Sequence record: SRR31156797_8580
Direction: 5' to 3' (one strand)
DNA length: 52,297 nt
Positions within the stretch are counted from its first letter, which is position 1, and each line of letters starts with the position of its first letter. Shown piece after piece: positions 30,495 through 40,943 of this stretch. A program made the position numbers and the translations under genes. Under the pieces are notes generated by a model. That model saw nothing but the letters and a program-made list of their open reading frames with translations. It made no database searches and had not been told where the DNA came from.

Positions 30495-30566
30495 GATTAA
30501 TGAAAACAAATTCGTTGCTCGAATATCACATTGAGTAACTTTATATTGATAAACAAAGAGAAAATA

Positions 30567-32723
30567 ATGAAAGCGAGTAAAAGGAAGTTTCCTCTGTCGA
30601 CTATTGCGTTAGCAATAGCTTCTGTCACCACTGTGTTTACAGCCCAAGCACAAGATCTTACAACACAAGAAAAAATGGTGGTGGTCTCAAATCGCACGCC
30701 TAAAGCGATCAGTGATATTCCTGGTACGGTTTGGTATATCGATGCAGAGAAAATTGAACAGGAGTACCGAGGCGGTAAGACGTTAGGGGACATTTTAGCT
30801 TCGGCAATTCCATCACTCGACGTCAGCAGTGGCGCACGTACCAACTTTGGTCAAAACTTACGTGGCCGTAAGATGTTGGTGATCATCGACGGTATTTCGT
30901 TGCAATCTTCACGTCAAATCAGTCGTCAATTAGACTCCATTGACCCGTTTAATATCGATCGGATTGAAGTTCTCTCTGGCGCTACGTCGATTTACGGTGC
31001 GGGTGCTTCTGGTGGTGTGATTAATATCATTACTAAAAAAGCACAAAGTGAAGATCTGGAATTTGAATCGTTTGTCGGTGGCACTTCGGGTCTTAACTCG
31101 AGTGAAGACTTTGATTACAAAGTGGCTCAATCGATTTCAGGTGGCAATGAAACGGTTCAAGCGCGTTCTTCTGTTGTTTATACCGAAACTCAGGGTGTAT
31201 TTGATAGCAATGGCACCATTGCGACTCCTGATATCTCACAAGGTTCATTGCAGTTTAACCAAACCGTCGATTTTCTAACGACGGTCGGTATTAATGTTTC
31301 AGAGACAAAGAAAGTGAACCTGTTGGCACAATATTATGATAGCCAACAAGATTCACCGTATGGTCTGTACATTGTGGGGCGTGATTTTGTCGATGTTCGT
31401 GATGGTTTTGATTCTGACCGTGAACATGGCACTGAACGTATCATGCTCAGTGCTTCTTATGTTGATGAACAAGTTCTTGGTCATCAGTTGATCGCTGAAG
31501 CGTCCTACCGTAAAGAAGATCAGACTTACACTCCGTATTATCAATCTTCAGGTCAACAAGTGACGGATGTTGTTTCACTTAAGGCTGTTTTGGCGAAAAA
31601 CTTCGAAAATTTTAATATCGTTTATGGTTTGGATGCTTATCAAGATAAGCTTGAAAGCAACCAAGCGCTTTATGATTCAACGATTGCCAACAATTCCGGC
31701 AACTTGATCAATCGAACTTATGCTCAGGTTGGCCGTTATCCGGGTGTAGAAGTCAGTTCAGTTGCTGGCTTTGTCCAAGCGGATTACTCACTGACGGAGG
31801 ATTGGATTGTAGAAGGTGGCGTTCGCTATCAATATATGTCCAATAAGATTGATGACTTCGTTGGATACAGTCAACAGAGACAAATTGCTGCAGGTAATGG
31901 TGTGACTGCTGATGCCGTTCCGGGGGGAGAAACAGACTACACAGTCGCGCTTTTTAACTTAGGTACGGTATACAGTCTGAACTCAGATTCTGAGGTTTGG
32001 GCAAACTTCTCTCAAGGTTTTGACCTTGCAGATCCCGCTAAATACTATGGTCAGGGCGACTACACCTTAGTGGGTGACCATTGGCAGCTTGATGAAAGTA
32101 TTAATGTGAATGACTCTAAAATGTTTGGTATTAAAACCAACAGTTTTGAGTTGGGATACCGCTTAGATAAAGGCGATTTCAATCTGCAAACGGCGGCTTA
32201 TTACTCCCAGTCAGATAAAAACGTCACTTACAATAAAACAACCATGCTAATCGAAACACTTGAAGACAAAAAACGTGTTTACGGTCTTGAAGCGTTGGCG
32301 TCATTGTGGGTGCATGAGAATGTTCAACTTGGCGCTTCAGGCCATTACGTCGTTTCTGAAGTGAAAGGAGACGATGGCTGGGAAGATTATGATGCGGGTT
32401 ACGCGAGTACTTCTAAGGCTAATGCTTGGGTTGGCTGGTACGATGCTGATCTTGCCGTGAAGCTACAAAGCCAAACCATGTTTGACTATGAAGATGCCTC
32501 AGAGAATAAGCTGGAAGGTTATACCTTATTTGATTTAGTCGGTAGTTATAAGCTTCCAGTTGGTAGCCTAGGCTTTGGAATTCAAAACTTACTTGATAAG
32601 GATTACACCACCGCTTGGGGACAACGCGCGCAAATTGTTTACTCTGCGCATTACGATGCAGCGGCATACGATTACAAGGGCCGCGGTCGAACCTACACAC
32701 TTAACTACCAAGTTAAGTTTTAA
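30567..32723 (+). CDS. iutA: TonB-dependent ferric-aerobactin receptor
   Basis: TonB box EKMVVVSNR, SRQLDSIDPFNIDRIEVLSGAT, PAKYYG, KGRGRTY, C-terminal F. Confidence 0.85.
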   Translation: MKASKRKFPLSTIALAIASVTTVFTAQAQDLTTQEKMVVVSNRTPKAISDIPGTVWYIDAEKIEQEYRGGKTLGDILASAIPSLDVSSGARTNFGQNLRGRKMLVIIDGISLQSSRQISRQLDSIDPFNIDRIEVLSGATSIYGAGASGGVINIITKKAQSEDLEFESFVGGTSGLNSSEDFDYKVAQSISGGNETVQARSSVVYTETQGVFDSNGTIATPDISQGSLQFNQTVDFLTTVGINVSETKKVNLLAQYYDSQQDSPYGLYIVGRDFVDVRDGFDSDREHGTERIMLSASYVDEQVLGHQLIAEASYRKEDQTYTPYYQSSGQQVTDVVSLKAVLAKNFENFNIVYGLDAYQDKLESNQALYDSTIANNSGNLINRTYAQVGRYPGVEVSSVAGFVQADYSLTEDWIVEGGVRYQYMSNKIDDFVGYSQQRQIAAGNGVTADAVPGGETDYTVALFNLGTVYSLNSDSEVWANFSQGFDLADPAKYYGQGDYTLVGDHWQLDESINVNDSKMFGIKTNSFELGYRLDKGDFNLQTAAYYSQSDKNVTYNKTTMLIETLEDKKRVYGLEALASLWVHENVQLGASGHYVVSEVKGDDGWEDYDAGYASTSKANAWVGWYDADLAVKLQSQTMFDYEDASENKLEGYTLFDLVGSYKLPVGSLGFGIQNLLDKDYTTAWGQRAQIVYSAHYDAAAYDYKGRGRTYTLNYQVKF

Positions 32724-32740
32724 ACGACACGGTTCAAAAC

Positions 32741-32769
32741 AAAACAGCCACACGAATGTGGCTGTTTTT
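32741..32769. terminator. Bidirectional terminator between iutA and the pectin esterase gene
   Basis: AAAACAGCCACA/TGTGGCTGTTTT. Confidence 0.88.
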
Positions 32770-32785
32770 GATCGTTTACGCTTTA

Positions 32786-35374
32786 TTATTTCGCGATGAC
32801 TTGGCTAAGTTTAGCCAGAGACTTCTGAGATTTGATCTCATCGAAAACTAAGTCAGCAACGGCTTCTGCACCTTGCTTCTGGAAGTGCGTTACATCCGGT
32901 TTTATCACGGTTCCTGAACGACCTTTGTAGTAAGGGTACTGTTCTGGGTTCACCGCAAGCCATAAGTTTTGCCATTCGCCTTTCGATTGTTGGTTTGCCA
33001 TATCGATAACGCGGGTTTGCATATCTAATAGTGGCACTTTATTCGCCTCTGCCGTTTGGCGAACAGTCGCTGTGTAGTCTCCAAAGAAGCGGTAGCCATT
33101 ATCTTTGTTCTGGGTTGTGATGTGCTGAACAGTTGTGATTGGCGTACCTGCTGCTTTATCTTCCGTTCTTGCTCTTGGTACCGAAGTTAACATCACAGGC
33201 GTAAGCTCGTGTTGTTTAGCAAAACTCAAGTAGCGTTCCAGAGAGCGCTGGAAAGAGTAATATTCATCCTCTTGCGGGAACTGTGGTTGACCATCGGCGT
33301 TGTTTGGATAAGTACACAGAGTACCAACATCCAATGGGCCGCGACCCGCTTTAGCACCATTACATTTTTCATCATTGTGACTGAATTGAATGAACAGGTA
33401 ATCACCCGCTTTTACCATTGGCTCAACAAAGCTTAACCAGCGACCATTGATAAAATCACGCGAACTACGGCCAGATTGTGCTGCGTTCACCACAATCAAA
33501 TCATCGTTATTGAACTTGTCTGCAAATGCTTGACCCCATCCCATACGAGGGAACACATCTTGTGGGTAGTTAGAGGCTGTTGAATCCCCGACAATGAACA
33601 GGCGCGTTTTTTTGCTCGCAACAGCCTTTGCGGATTGAGCAAGCTGGTTTTCGCTCATTTGGTAGTGAGGAATCGTATCTAAGCTGATAATTGGGTTAAA
33701 CGCTAAGTCAGATAAGAAAGTTTTTGATAACTGACCTGTGCGCGTGTTGTGGCCTAAGTTATGAATGACCTGAGAAGCGAGTTCATCTATTACGGGCTGG
33801 TACTCTTTCGCGTAACTGACCGGGTTCCAGGATTTCTTCGCATCAAGACCATGAGCTTTCACGACATTGGCAAAGGCTTTGCTGAAGTTAGTGTTCGCTT
33901 CAAGCCAAGCTTTTTGAGAAAGAGCTGGAACTTGAGTTTTTGAAGCCAACACTTGAGGGCCATCGATATTTTCATAGGCCGCAAGGCTGGAAACGACTAA
34001 ATCACTGAACGGGTTTACGTTCGCCTGAGTGATTGTATTGTTCGCCGCTTCCGGTACCAGTGCCGTTGCACACACAGAACGCTTAGTATCACTGTTTATA
34101 CAAGTGTTACCACTGTGGTCATCAACAGAAACCAGTAGTGGTGGCGTCATTGAAGCGATAGATAACTGGTAACGACCTTTAGCGTCGGTTTCTGCTGTGG
34201 CAACTTTACCTAAACTGTCTTTTACTGTGATGGCAGCAGGGAAGACCATACTGCGGTGAGTGACCTGACCCGTTAATTGACTATCTGCTCCCAGAGAAAT
34301 ATCCGGTTGCCAGCCATTAAGCACGTTGCTGGTGGTGTATTTTTCGGCTTCCGATTTACTGAGCTGAGGGCGCTTATCGGTTTTAGCTCCAGCCCCTTGG
34401 CTTGCGTACTCCCAGAAGCGAGAATCTTCTGGATGGAACCAGATCTTTTCCCCTTTAATATCCTTACCACTCATTTTATCCCAGCCGTAGATGTGATCAT
34501 CCATTTGGCAGTTGATAAAAGCGGTGTGGCCAATAGCATTCGGATCGGCATAGCGTCCGTCTTCAAACTTTGTGGTTGGGTGCCAAGGTCGGCCAAGGCC
34601 ATAGCTTCCTGCTGGAACTTGCGCTTCTTTGGTTAAGTTACAGTTTTTAAAAACAATACCGAATGGCGATTCGATATTGGTTGCTGGTGCGGTTAGATAA
34701 CCGAGTGGTTTGCCCGCTTCCGTATCTTCACGATAGCGAGCCACAATGTCACTGTTTTCAATCAGTGTGGTCCCATGACCGAAAATAAAATCAACCGTAC
34801 CGGCGATGCGAGACTCATCAAAGTATGAACGGCCAGCGCGAACATATAAGGTATCTTGATAACTGCTTAGGTTGACGTCTTTAAATTGTGCTTTGTCACC
34901 CTTGTGGGAAATCAACAGGGCTACTGCTTGAGTGCCTTTTTGACGCGTTGGATCGTCTTTCGCTTTTCTTTGGTTAGCTGGAAAGTCAAAACCATTTTCG
35001 ATGGTCAAGCTACGTGCACTAAAGCCTTCAGCATCAATCGCAACGGTGCGGCTGCCAAAAGTACCAAACTTTTTCCCCTCGGCGTTGAGCATACTGTTGG
35101 CCGTGGTCGCAGTGATGATAGTCTTGTCGCGATCTTCGCCGATGAGGTAGACATTCGGGCGAGTTATGTGGAGTTTTTCTTGATATGTGCCGTTTTTAAT
35201 GTAAATGACATACGGTTGGTCATTATTGGGTGCATTGTCGATAGCTTGCTGGATAGAAGCAAAATCGGCAGAGCCATCCTGAGAGACTTTTACATCATAG
35301 AGCGAAGTAGCAGAAGCAGAAGAAAGGTAGAGTACAGCTGCAATCCCTAGCCCGTTAACTACAGACTTATTCAT
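32786..35374 (-). CDS. Secreted pectin methylesterase (CE8) fused to an SGNH pectin/rhamnogalacturonan acetylesterase (CE12)
   Basis: Signal peptide; CE8 motifs QAVAL, YQDTLY, GTVDFIFG, LGRPW; SGNH motifs GDST, GWGQ, SGRSSR, HND, DVTH. Confidence 0.88.
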   Translation of the reverse strand: MNKSVVNGLGIAAVLYLSSASATSLYDVKVSQDGSADFASIQQAIDNAPNNDQPYVIYIKNGTYQEKLHITRPNVYLIGEDRDKTIITATTANSMLNAEGKKFGTFGSRTVAIDAEGFSARSLTIENGFDFPANQRKAKDDPTRQKGTQAVALLISHKGDKAQFKDVNLSSYQDTLYVRAGRSYFDESRIAGTVDFIFGHGTTLIENSDIVARYREDTEAGKPLGYLTAPATNIESPFGIVFKNCNLTKEAQVPAGSYGLGRPWHPTTKFEDGRYADPNAIGHTAFINCQMDDHIYGWDKMSGKDIKGEKIWFHPEDSRFWEYASQGAGAKTDKRPQLSKSEAEKYTTSNVLNGWQPDISLGADSQLTGQVTHRSMVFPAAITVKDSLGKVATAETDAKGRYQLSIASMTPPLLVSVDDHSGNTCINSDTKRSVCATALVPEAANNTITQANVNPFSDLVVSSLAAYENIDGPQVLASKTQVPALSQKAWLEANTNFSKAFANVVKAHGLDAKKSWNPVSYAKEYQPVIDELASQVIHNLGHNTRTGQLSKTFLSDLAFNPIISLDTIPHYQMSENQLAQSAKAVASKKTRLFIVGDSTASNYPQDVFPRMGWGQAFADKFNNDDLIVVNAAQSGRSSRDFINGRWLSFVEPMVKAGDYLFIQFSHNDEKCNGAKAGRGPLDVGTLCTYPNNADGQPQFPQEDEYYSFQRSLERYLSFAKQHELTPVMLTSVPRARTEDKAAGTPITTVQHITTQNKDNGYRFFGDYTATVRQTAEANKVPLLDMQTRVIDMANQQSKGEWQNLWLAVNPEQYPYYKGRSGTVIKPDVTHFQKQGAEAVADLVFDEIKSQKSLAKLSQVIAK

Positions 35375-35408
35375 TTTATTTTCCTTTTATGAAACATCGG
35401 ATCTTTTT

Positions 35409-35429
35409 AATAGAAATGCAGTTTCATTA
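35409..35429 (-). promoter_or_regulatory. KdgR-like operator upstream of the pectin esterase gene
   Basis: Minus strand TAATGAAACTGCATTTCTATT versus KdgR consensus AAATGAAACnnnGTTTCATTT. Confidence 0.6.
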
Positions 35430-35537
35430 TAGGAATTAAATAATATTAAACAGTGATCTGGTTAAGAAAAGAGCAGCTGTTTGCGTGGGTAGCATGGAGC
35501 CAAATCACTGTTTTGACATTTAGCAGGTTTGGTTGAG

Positions 35538-36821
35538 CTATTGATTAAACAACCAAATTAATCCTTTGATTAACCCTTCACGCCAAATCAACCTGTCGTG
35601 GCCACCGTCATATAACTCAATGATTACATTGTGATTGTTTTCTGACAGTTGTTTGCTTATCTGTTGGCTAAGTGGAATCATCATATCCTCTCGCTGGCCA
35701 ATCTCCATGTAAACGTTCAACGGATGTTGGTTACCGAGCAATTGGATATCACCTTCCATGTAAAGGGTTTCTGGAAGTGATTGCACAATATCGGGCTGGT
35801 GGCAGTTGTGCATCAGCGAGTAGTTTGGCCACCAAAATGATCCGGATTGAGATATCGCATTTCCAAATCGTTGTGGCCAGTTAACGGCCGCATATAGAGC
35901 GGATAATCCACCGTAGCTTTGCCCTGCAACAACGGTTTTCGTATTTTGGTTTGTGATGGGGTATTGCTCAGCGACAAGTGGGATGATCTCTTCAATGACC
36001 GCTTGCCAAAATGTTGGGTTACAAGTGAGATCTTCAGCTCTCTGAGCAAACGAAATCGCATCAATCATGACGTATACGGCGGGGGGAAGTTGATCTTTTT
36101 CAGTGCAGTGCTTCAAAGGACGCATTATGGGGAGCGATTCAACCCAAAACTCACCATCAAGAATAATCACTAAAGGAAGGTCGGAATCACTTTGGCTTGC
36201 GGTAGAGTAAGTCCAGAAACGTCTTTTCTGTTGCAGAATGTCACTTTGATAAAGGTGATTTCGGCATTGAGAAGACCAATCACTAGCACAATGATGTTCA
36301 TCAAAGTCTTGCCATGCTGGGTGAATGACCGTTGGATCCAGATAGATGCGTGAATGCATCTCTCCCCATTTTCCATGTTTAATATTGAGTTTGTTTAGTG
36401 GGTCGGCAATATGGTGCTGTCGCCTTTTCATTATCCAGTTGCGATGTTGGGTAATCTGTTGCTCATGGTTACCACAATACGCAGGTTGGGCTGCTTCTTC
36501 TGGAACAGGAATTAGAGCGTAAGTCCCGTTCCAACTGTTTTCCACATCACAAATAAAATAGTACACATCCGTGTCTTCAAAGCGTGTGAGTTCAGCTGGA
36601 TTGAAGTCGTGATGATTGATCACGCCGTTTATATCCAGATAGATTGAGTGATGTTGAAGCTTAATTTCTTCTTCTCGCCACAGAAAGATAAGTTGTGTTT
36701 GGTTAGGGCTAAGAGATACCTGAATAGGAGTGCCAATCGAAGCCACTTCATCCCACCATCGTGAACTCCCGATCGAAAACTGCTCAAGTTCTGTTTGTTT
36801 TAGTAACGTATTGAGTACCAC
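35538..36821 (-). CDS. fes: Enterochelin esterase
   Basis: WW..V...GTP N-domain, GQSYGG nucleophile elbow, SQSGSFWW, GGHD. Confidence 0.88.
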   Translation of the reverse strand: MVLNTLLKQTELEQFSIGSSRWWDEVASIGTPIQVSLSPNQTQLIFLWREEEIKLQHHSIYLDINGVINHHDFNPAELTRFEDTDVYYFICDVENSWNGTYALIPVPEEAAQPAYCGNHEQQITQHRNWIMKRRQHHIADPLNKLNIKHGKWGEMHSRIYLDPTVIHPAWQDFDEHHCASDWSSQCRNHLYQSDILQQKRRFWTYSTASQSDSDLPLVIILDGEFWVESLPIMRPLKHCTEKDQLPPAVYVMIDAISFAQRAEDLTCNPTFWQAVIEEIIPLVAEQYPITNQNTKTVVAGQSYGGLSALYAAVNWPQRFGNAISQSGSFWWPNYSLMHNCHQPDIVQSLPETLYMEGDIQLLGNQHPLNVYMEIGQREDMMIPLSQQISKQLSENNHNVIIELYDGGHDRLIWREGLIKGLIWLFNQ

Positions 36822-36904
36822 TCGTACCTCCCACAGTTGTCACTTTCAAATAAGGCTAAGTATTCATATGGCTGAAAACTATGCTAGGATACGTGGAAAT
36901 TAAT

Positions 36905-36923
36905 GTTAATGGTAATCTTTATG
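36905..36923. promoter_or_regulatory. Fur box at the fepB start, probably shared with divergent fes
   Basis: GTTAATGGTAATCTTTATG, 15/19 to consensus. Confidence 0.6.
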
Positions 36924-37853
36924 AGACGAATTATCATTTTGGTAATATCAATGTTATTTGTATCGGCTTCTTTTGCGACATTTGCAAGCGAAGGGCAGTG
37001 GCCGAGAACTTTTGTAAACTCTGATGGAACAACGACGGTTATTCCACATAAACCAAAAAAGATTCTGTCAACCACAACAACGGTGACAGGAACGTTAGTC
37101 GCTATTGATGCTCCGGTCGTTGCAAGCTCTCTTGCTGGCGATGGTCGTTTCTTTGCTCAGTGGGAAGAGATCGCTAAACAAAGAAACATTCAAGAGCTAT
37201 GGTCTGTAGGGAGTGTAGACACCGAGATGGTTTACGCTGTGATGCCTGACCTGATCGTGGTATCCGCGACAGGTGGAGACTCTGTTTATGACCTTGTTGC
37301 TGAGCTCAAAATGGTTGCGCCTGTGATCGTTGTCGATTATGGCGCTCAAACATGGCAAGAGTTGGCGGTAAAACTGGGTTATGCGACAGGTAGAGAAGCG
37401 TTTGTTGAACAGAAGATCACCGAGTTTAATGACTACATTAACTCGGTAAAACTGAAGCTTCCCGATACTCAAGCAAACATCATCTCTTATAACGGCCCAG
37501 GTATTGCCAATGCGATTGCAAAAGCGACAGGCCCGCACAGCGAACTGCTTCACTCTTTAGGTGTTGACATTGAAAGTGCCAAAGATGAGTGGGAAACGTT
37601 CAGTGATAAGAGAAGCGACTTTGCTCGAGTTCACTATGAGACGCTTACCTTGCTTACGGCTCCGATGACATTTGTTATTGTCGCTGATGACAACAAAGCA
37701 CAAAAGGTGCTGAACGATCCTGTTCTGGTTAACCTTCCTTCTGTTCAAAAGCATCAAGTTTATCCGTTAGGGCTACATTCATTCCGAATTGATTATTACA
37801 GCAGTATTGAGATCGTTGAGTTATTGAAAAAACACTTTGGTGTGGTTAATTAA
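36921..37853 (+). CDS. fepB: Ferric-catecholate periplasmic binding protein
   Basis: WPRTF, FFAQW, PDLIVVSATGGDS, SFRIDYYS; SPase I-type signal without lipobox; start 36903 also possible. Confidence 0.85.
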   Translation: MRRIIILVISMLFVSASFATFASEGQWPRTFVNSDGTTTVIPHKPKKILSTTTTVTGTLVAIDAPVVASSLAGDGRFFAQWEEIAKQRNIQELWSVGSVDTEMVYAVMPDLIVVSATGGDSVYDLVAELKMVAPVIVVDYGAQTWQELAVKLGYATGREAFVEQKITEFNDYINSVKLKLPDTQANIISYNGPGIANAIAKATGPHSELLHSLGVDIESAKDEWETFSDKRSDFARVHYETLTLLTAPMTFVIVADDNKAQKVLNDPVLVNLPSVQKHQVYPLGLHSFRIDYYSSIEIVELLKKHFGVVN

Positions 37854-37858
37854 ACTCG

Positions 37859-38878
37859 ATGTCGGTGTTAAACAATCATAAAGCCTCAACGTACTACTTG
37901 GGGCTACTGTTTTTATTGGTTATCGCGCTTGTTTGTGCGTTTACTGGTATTTTTTTTGGTTCCAGAGATATCGCACCAGAGGTCACCTGGCAGGCACTGG
38001 TGAACTTCTCTGCATCGAACAGTGAACATTTAATTGTTCACCATCTGCGATTACCAAGAGCCATGTTAGCTATCGTTGTGGGTTTAGCGATTGGAGCATC
38101 GGGCGTTCTGATGCAGACGTTAACTCGTAACCCTTTGGCTGAGCCTGGATTGTTAGGAGTGAACTCCGGTGCCACGTTTGCAGTGGTGGTGGCTATTGCC
38201 TTATTTGGCTTAACCGACATTCATCACTATATGTGGTTTAGCTTTTTAGGTGCGGCTGTTGCTGGTGGGATCATTTATTTACTCGCGGGGCTAAGCCGAG
38301 GCGTTAATCCGGTCAAAGTGGTTCTCTCAGGTATTGCTCTGTCGGTCATATTGCTTTCCTTAACTCAAATCATCACGGTTAACAGTCAAGAAGAGGCATT
38401 TAATCAATTTCGTCACTGGGCCGTAGGCTCATTACAAGGGCGAGGTTTTGATGTTCTCTATTCTATCTCTATCGTTGTTTTCGTCGGGCTAGTCTACACC
38501 ATGTTTTTGTCAAAAGAGCTCAACACGCTTTCGTTAGGCAGAGAAATGAGCCAGTCTCTTGGTGTTAATCAAAACAGTGTCTGGTTGCGTTCATCTATCG
38601 CTATTACCGTGTTGGCTGGAGCAGCTACGGCAGCGGTTGGGCCACTCAATTTTATCGGTTTAACCGCGCCACACATTGCTCGTTTTTTTGTGGGTACTGA
38701 GCATAAATGGCTATTGCCATACTCTATGGTGATTTCAGCTTTGCTTATATCTGTGGCGGATACGGTGGGTAAAATTCTCGTTTCCCCAGACGAAATCAGT
38801 GTTGGCATTATGACCGCTTTACTCGGCGGACCTATTTTCGTTTTGCTGGTTCGTAAGTGGAGGATCACCGAGTTATGA
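37859..38878 (+). CDS. fepD: Ferric-catecholate ABC permease
   Basis: LRLPR, TRNPLAEPGLLGVN, WAVGSL. Confidence 0.82.
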   Translation: MSVLNNHKASTYYLGLLFLLVIALVCAFTGIFFGSRDIAPEVTWQALVNFSASNSEHLIVHHLRLPRAMLAIVVGLAIGASGVLMQTLTRNPLAEPGLLGVNSGATFAVVVAIALFGLTDIHHYMWFSFLGAAVAGGIIYLLAGLSRGVNPVKVVLSGIALSVILLSLTQIITVNSQEEAFNQFRHWAVGSLQGRGFDVLYSISIVVFVGLVYTMFLSKELNTLSLGREMSQSLGVNQNSVWLRSSIAITVLAGAATAAVGPLNFIGLTAPHIARFFVGTEHKWLLPYSMVISALLISVADTVGKILVSPDEISVGIMTALLGGPIFVLLVRKWRITEL

Positions 38879-39930
38879 GCAAGTTAGTTCACTCCACAGT
38901 ATTAAGCGATCAGTTAGTTCAGTTTAAAGGCATCACCATTCGATTTTCCCAACGTGAGTGGATGTTTGTTGGCGCAGCGTTAATAGCACTCTTGTTGATG
39001 GGTTTTTATCTATTGACCGTGGGCTCTTATCCTCTGACCTTTGAAAAGCTGTTTATGGTTCTTTCTGGGCAGAGTGGTGAGCCGATTGCTGAGCGAATAG
39101 TCTGGAACATTCGTTTGCCAAGAATCGTTACCGCTTTGTTTGTGGGGATGGCACTTGGGGTATCGGGAGCGGTTTTCCAATCGGTGTCTAAAAATGCACT
39201 TGGCTCTCCGGACATCATTGGGTTTACCACTGGTGCTGCCAGCGGTGCACTTATTCAGATTATCGTGTTTCAAAGTTCTACACAGGCGGTGATGTTTTCG
39301 GCTGTAATCGGCGGTATGGCAACGGCATTGGTCGTTTATTTTCTGGCGAGAAAACATCGTGTGGTGGGTGGTTATCGATTGATTCTTATCGGTATTGGTA
39401 TTGGCTCCATTTTAAATGCGTTCAACGGACTAATGCTGGTTAAAGGCAACCTTGACCAAGCTATCGTTGCAAACTTATGGCTTGCAGGTTCGTTGAATGC
39501 ACGAAATTGGAATCACGCCATTCCTGTGATGGTTGGGGTTCTGCTGATTGTCCCTATTGTGATTTATAAAGCTCGAACATTGCACCTTCTTGAAATGGGG
39601 GATGACATGGCTTCGCAAATTGGTGTTTCAGTCGAAAGAGAAAGAGTCACGATGACATTCTTGTCTGTCGCACTTGCTGCTTTGGCAACGGCAGCCGCGG
39701 GACCAATTAGTTTTATCGCTCTTGCGGCTCCTCAACTGGTAAAGCGAATTTTGCGTGTTGGCAATATACCCGTTGCTGCTTCTGCCATGATGGGAGGAGG
39801 GTTGCTGCTGGTGGCGGATATGGTTTCTCAGACCAAACCTTTTGGTTTCAATTTGCCGATTGGGCAACTGACTAGCCTTGTTGGCGGCGCATATTTGCTT
39901 TGGCTACTTACCCGTAGTAAGAATTTTTAA
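38875..39930 (+). CDS. fepG: Ferric-catecholate ABC permease
   Basis: RLPR, NALGSPDIIGFTTGA, WLAGSLN; ATGA overlap with fepD. Confidence 0.82.
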   Translation: MSKLVHSTVLSDQLVQFKGITIRFSQREWMFVGAALIALLLMGFYLLTVGSYPLTFEKLFMVLSGQSGEPIAERIVWNIRLPRIVTALFVGMALGVSGAVFQSVSKNALGSPDIIGFTTGAASGALIQIIVFQSSTQAVMFSAVIGGMATALVVYFLARKHRVVGGYRLILIGIGIGSILNAFNGLMLVKGNLDQAIVANLWLAGSLNARNWNHAIPVMVGVLLIVPIVIYKARTLHLLEMGDDMASQIGVSVERERVTMTFLSVALAALATAAAGPISFIALAAPQLVKRILRVGNIPVAASAMMGGGLLLVADMVSQTKPFGFNLPIGQLTSLVGGAYLLWLLTRSKNF

Positions 39931-39939
39931 GTTGTTAAG

Positions 39940-40785
39940 ATGATGAATAGTAAACAAAACCTAGATTTGCCACTAACGGCTGAAACTCAGGAGAATAATA
40001 GTCGCCTATCTGGATCGGAGATGAGTTTGAGCTATGAAACGGGTCAAATTTTTGATTCATTGGATGTGAGTATCCCTGATAACAAATTCACCGTCATCAT
40101 TGGCCCTAACGGTTGTGGGAAGTCGACTTTGCTACGTATGTTGTGCAGGCTACAAAAACCCAACTCAGGCGACGTAGAATTGGATGGTTCAGATATCTAT
40201 TCTCTGCCCCCTAAAACCTTGGCCAAGCAAATCGGCCTCCTTCCTCAGAGGGTCCATGCCCCTGATGGTATTCGAGTGAAAGATCTGATTTCTCGTGGTC
40301 GTTATCCCTATCAAAAGTTGTTTCAGCAGTGGAGTCCGGAAGATGAGCAGGCGGTATGTGAAGCCATGCAACTTACTGACACACAACATTTGGCAGAAAG
40401 GTTGATCGAAGAGCTGTCTGGTGGTCAGAGACAAAGAGTCTGGATAGCGATGGTATTGGCACAGCAAACGCCGATTCTGTTTCTCGATGAACCCACGACG
40501 TATCTCGATATCGCTCATCAAATAGAGCTACTGGAACTGTGTCGAGACTTAAACCGCCGTAAGAACTTCACCATAGTCGCGGTGCTGCATGAGTTGAATC
40601 AGGCATTCCGCTATGCGGATCACATCATATTGATGAGCGAAGGGGAAATTGCAGCTCAGGGCAGCCCTAAGCAGATTGTCTCTAGTGAAATGATCAAGCA
40701 GGTTTTCAAACTAGACTGTCTGATCATGGATGATCCTGTGTCACACACACCTATGGTTATCCCTTGCGGTACCCCTAACCTTTAA
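39940..40785 (+). CDS. fepC: Ferric-catecholate ABC ATPase
   Basis: GPNGCGKST, LSGGQRQRVW, DEPTTYLD, DPVSHTPMVIP. Confidence 0.85.
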   Translation: MMNSKQNLDLPLTAETQENNSRLSGSEMSLSYETGQIFDSLDVSIPDNKFTVIIGPNGCGKSTLLRMLCRLQKPNSGDVELDGSDIYSLPPKTLAKQIGLLPQRVHAPDGIRVKDLISRGRYPYQKLFQQWSPEDEQAVCEAMQLTDTQHLAERLIEELSGGQRQRVWIAMVLAQQTPILFLDEPTTYLDIAHQIELLELCRDLNRRKNFTIVAVLHELNQAFRYADHIILMSEGEIAAQGSPKQIVSSEMIKQVFKLDCLIMDDPVSHTPMVIPCGTPNL

Positions 40786-40816
40786 TGGTTTATTGCTGGA
40801 GCTTAGTGCTTGAAGC

Positions 40817-40846
40817 GGTGAAAACTGTGCTCATTTTCACTTTTTT
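40817..40846 (+). terminator. Probable terminator after fepC
   Basis: GTGAAAA/TTTTCAC followed by TTTTTT. Confidence 0.5.
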
Positions 40847-40875
40847 AAATCCATACGGTAAAATAAATTGATATT

Positions 40876-40900
40876 AAGAATGATAATAAATATCATTGCG
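40876..40900 (+). promoter_or_regulatory. Overlapping Fur boxes upstream of the catecholate receptor
   Basis: AAGAATGATAATAAATATC (15/19) overlapping GATAATAAATATCATTGCG (13/19). Confidence 0.75.
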
Positions 40901-40943
40901 CTTTAGTTTTGTGTCAATAAAGAATAGTGGTAAAGGAATCAGG

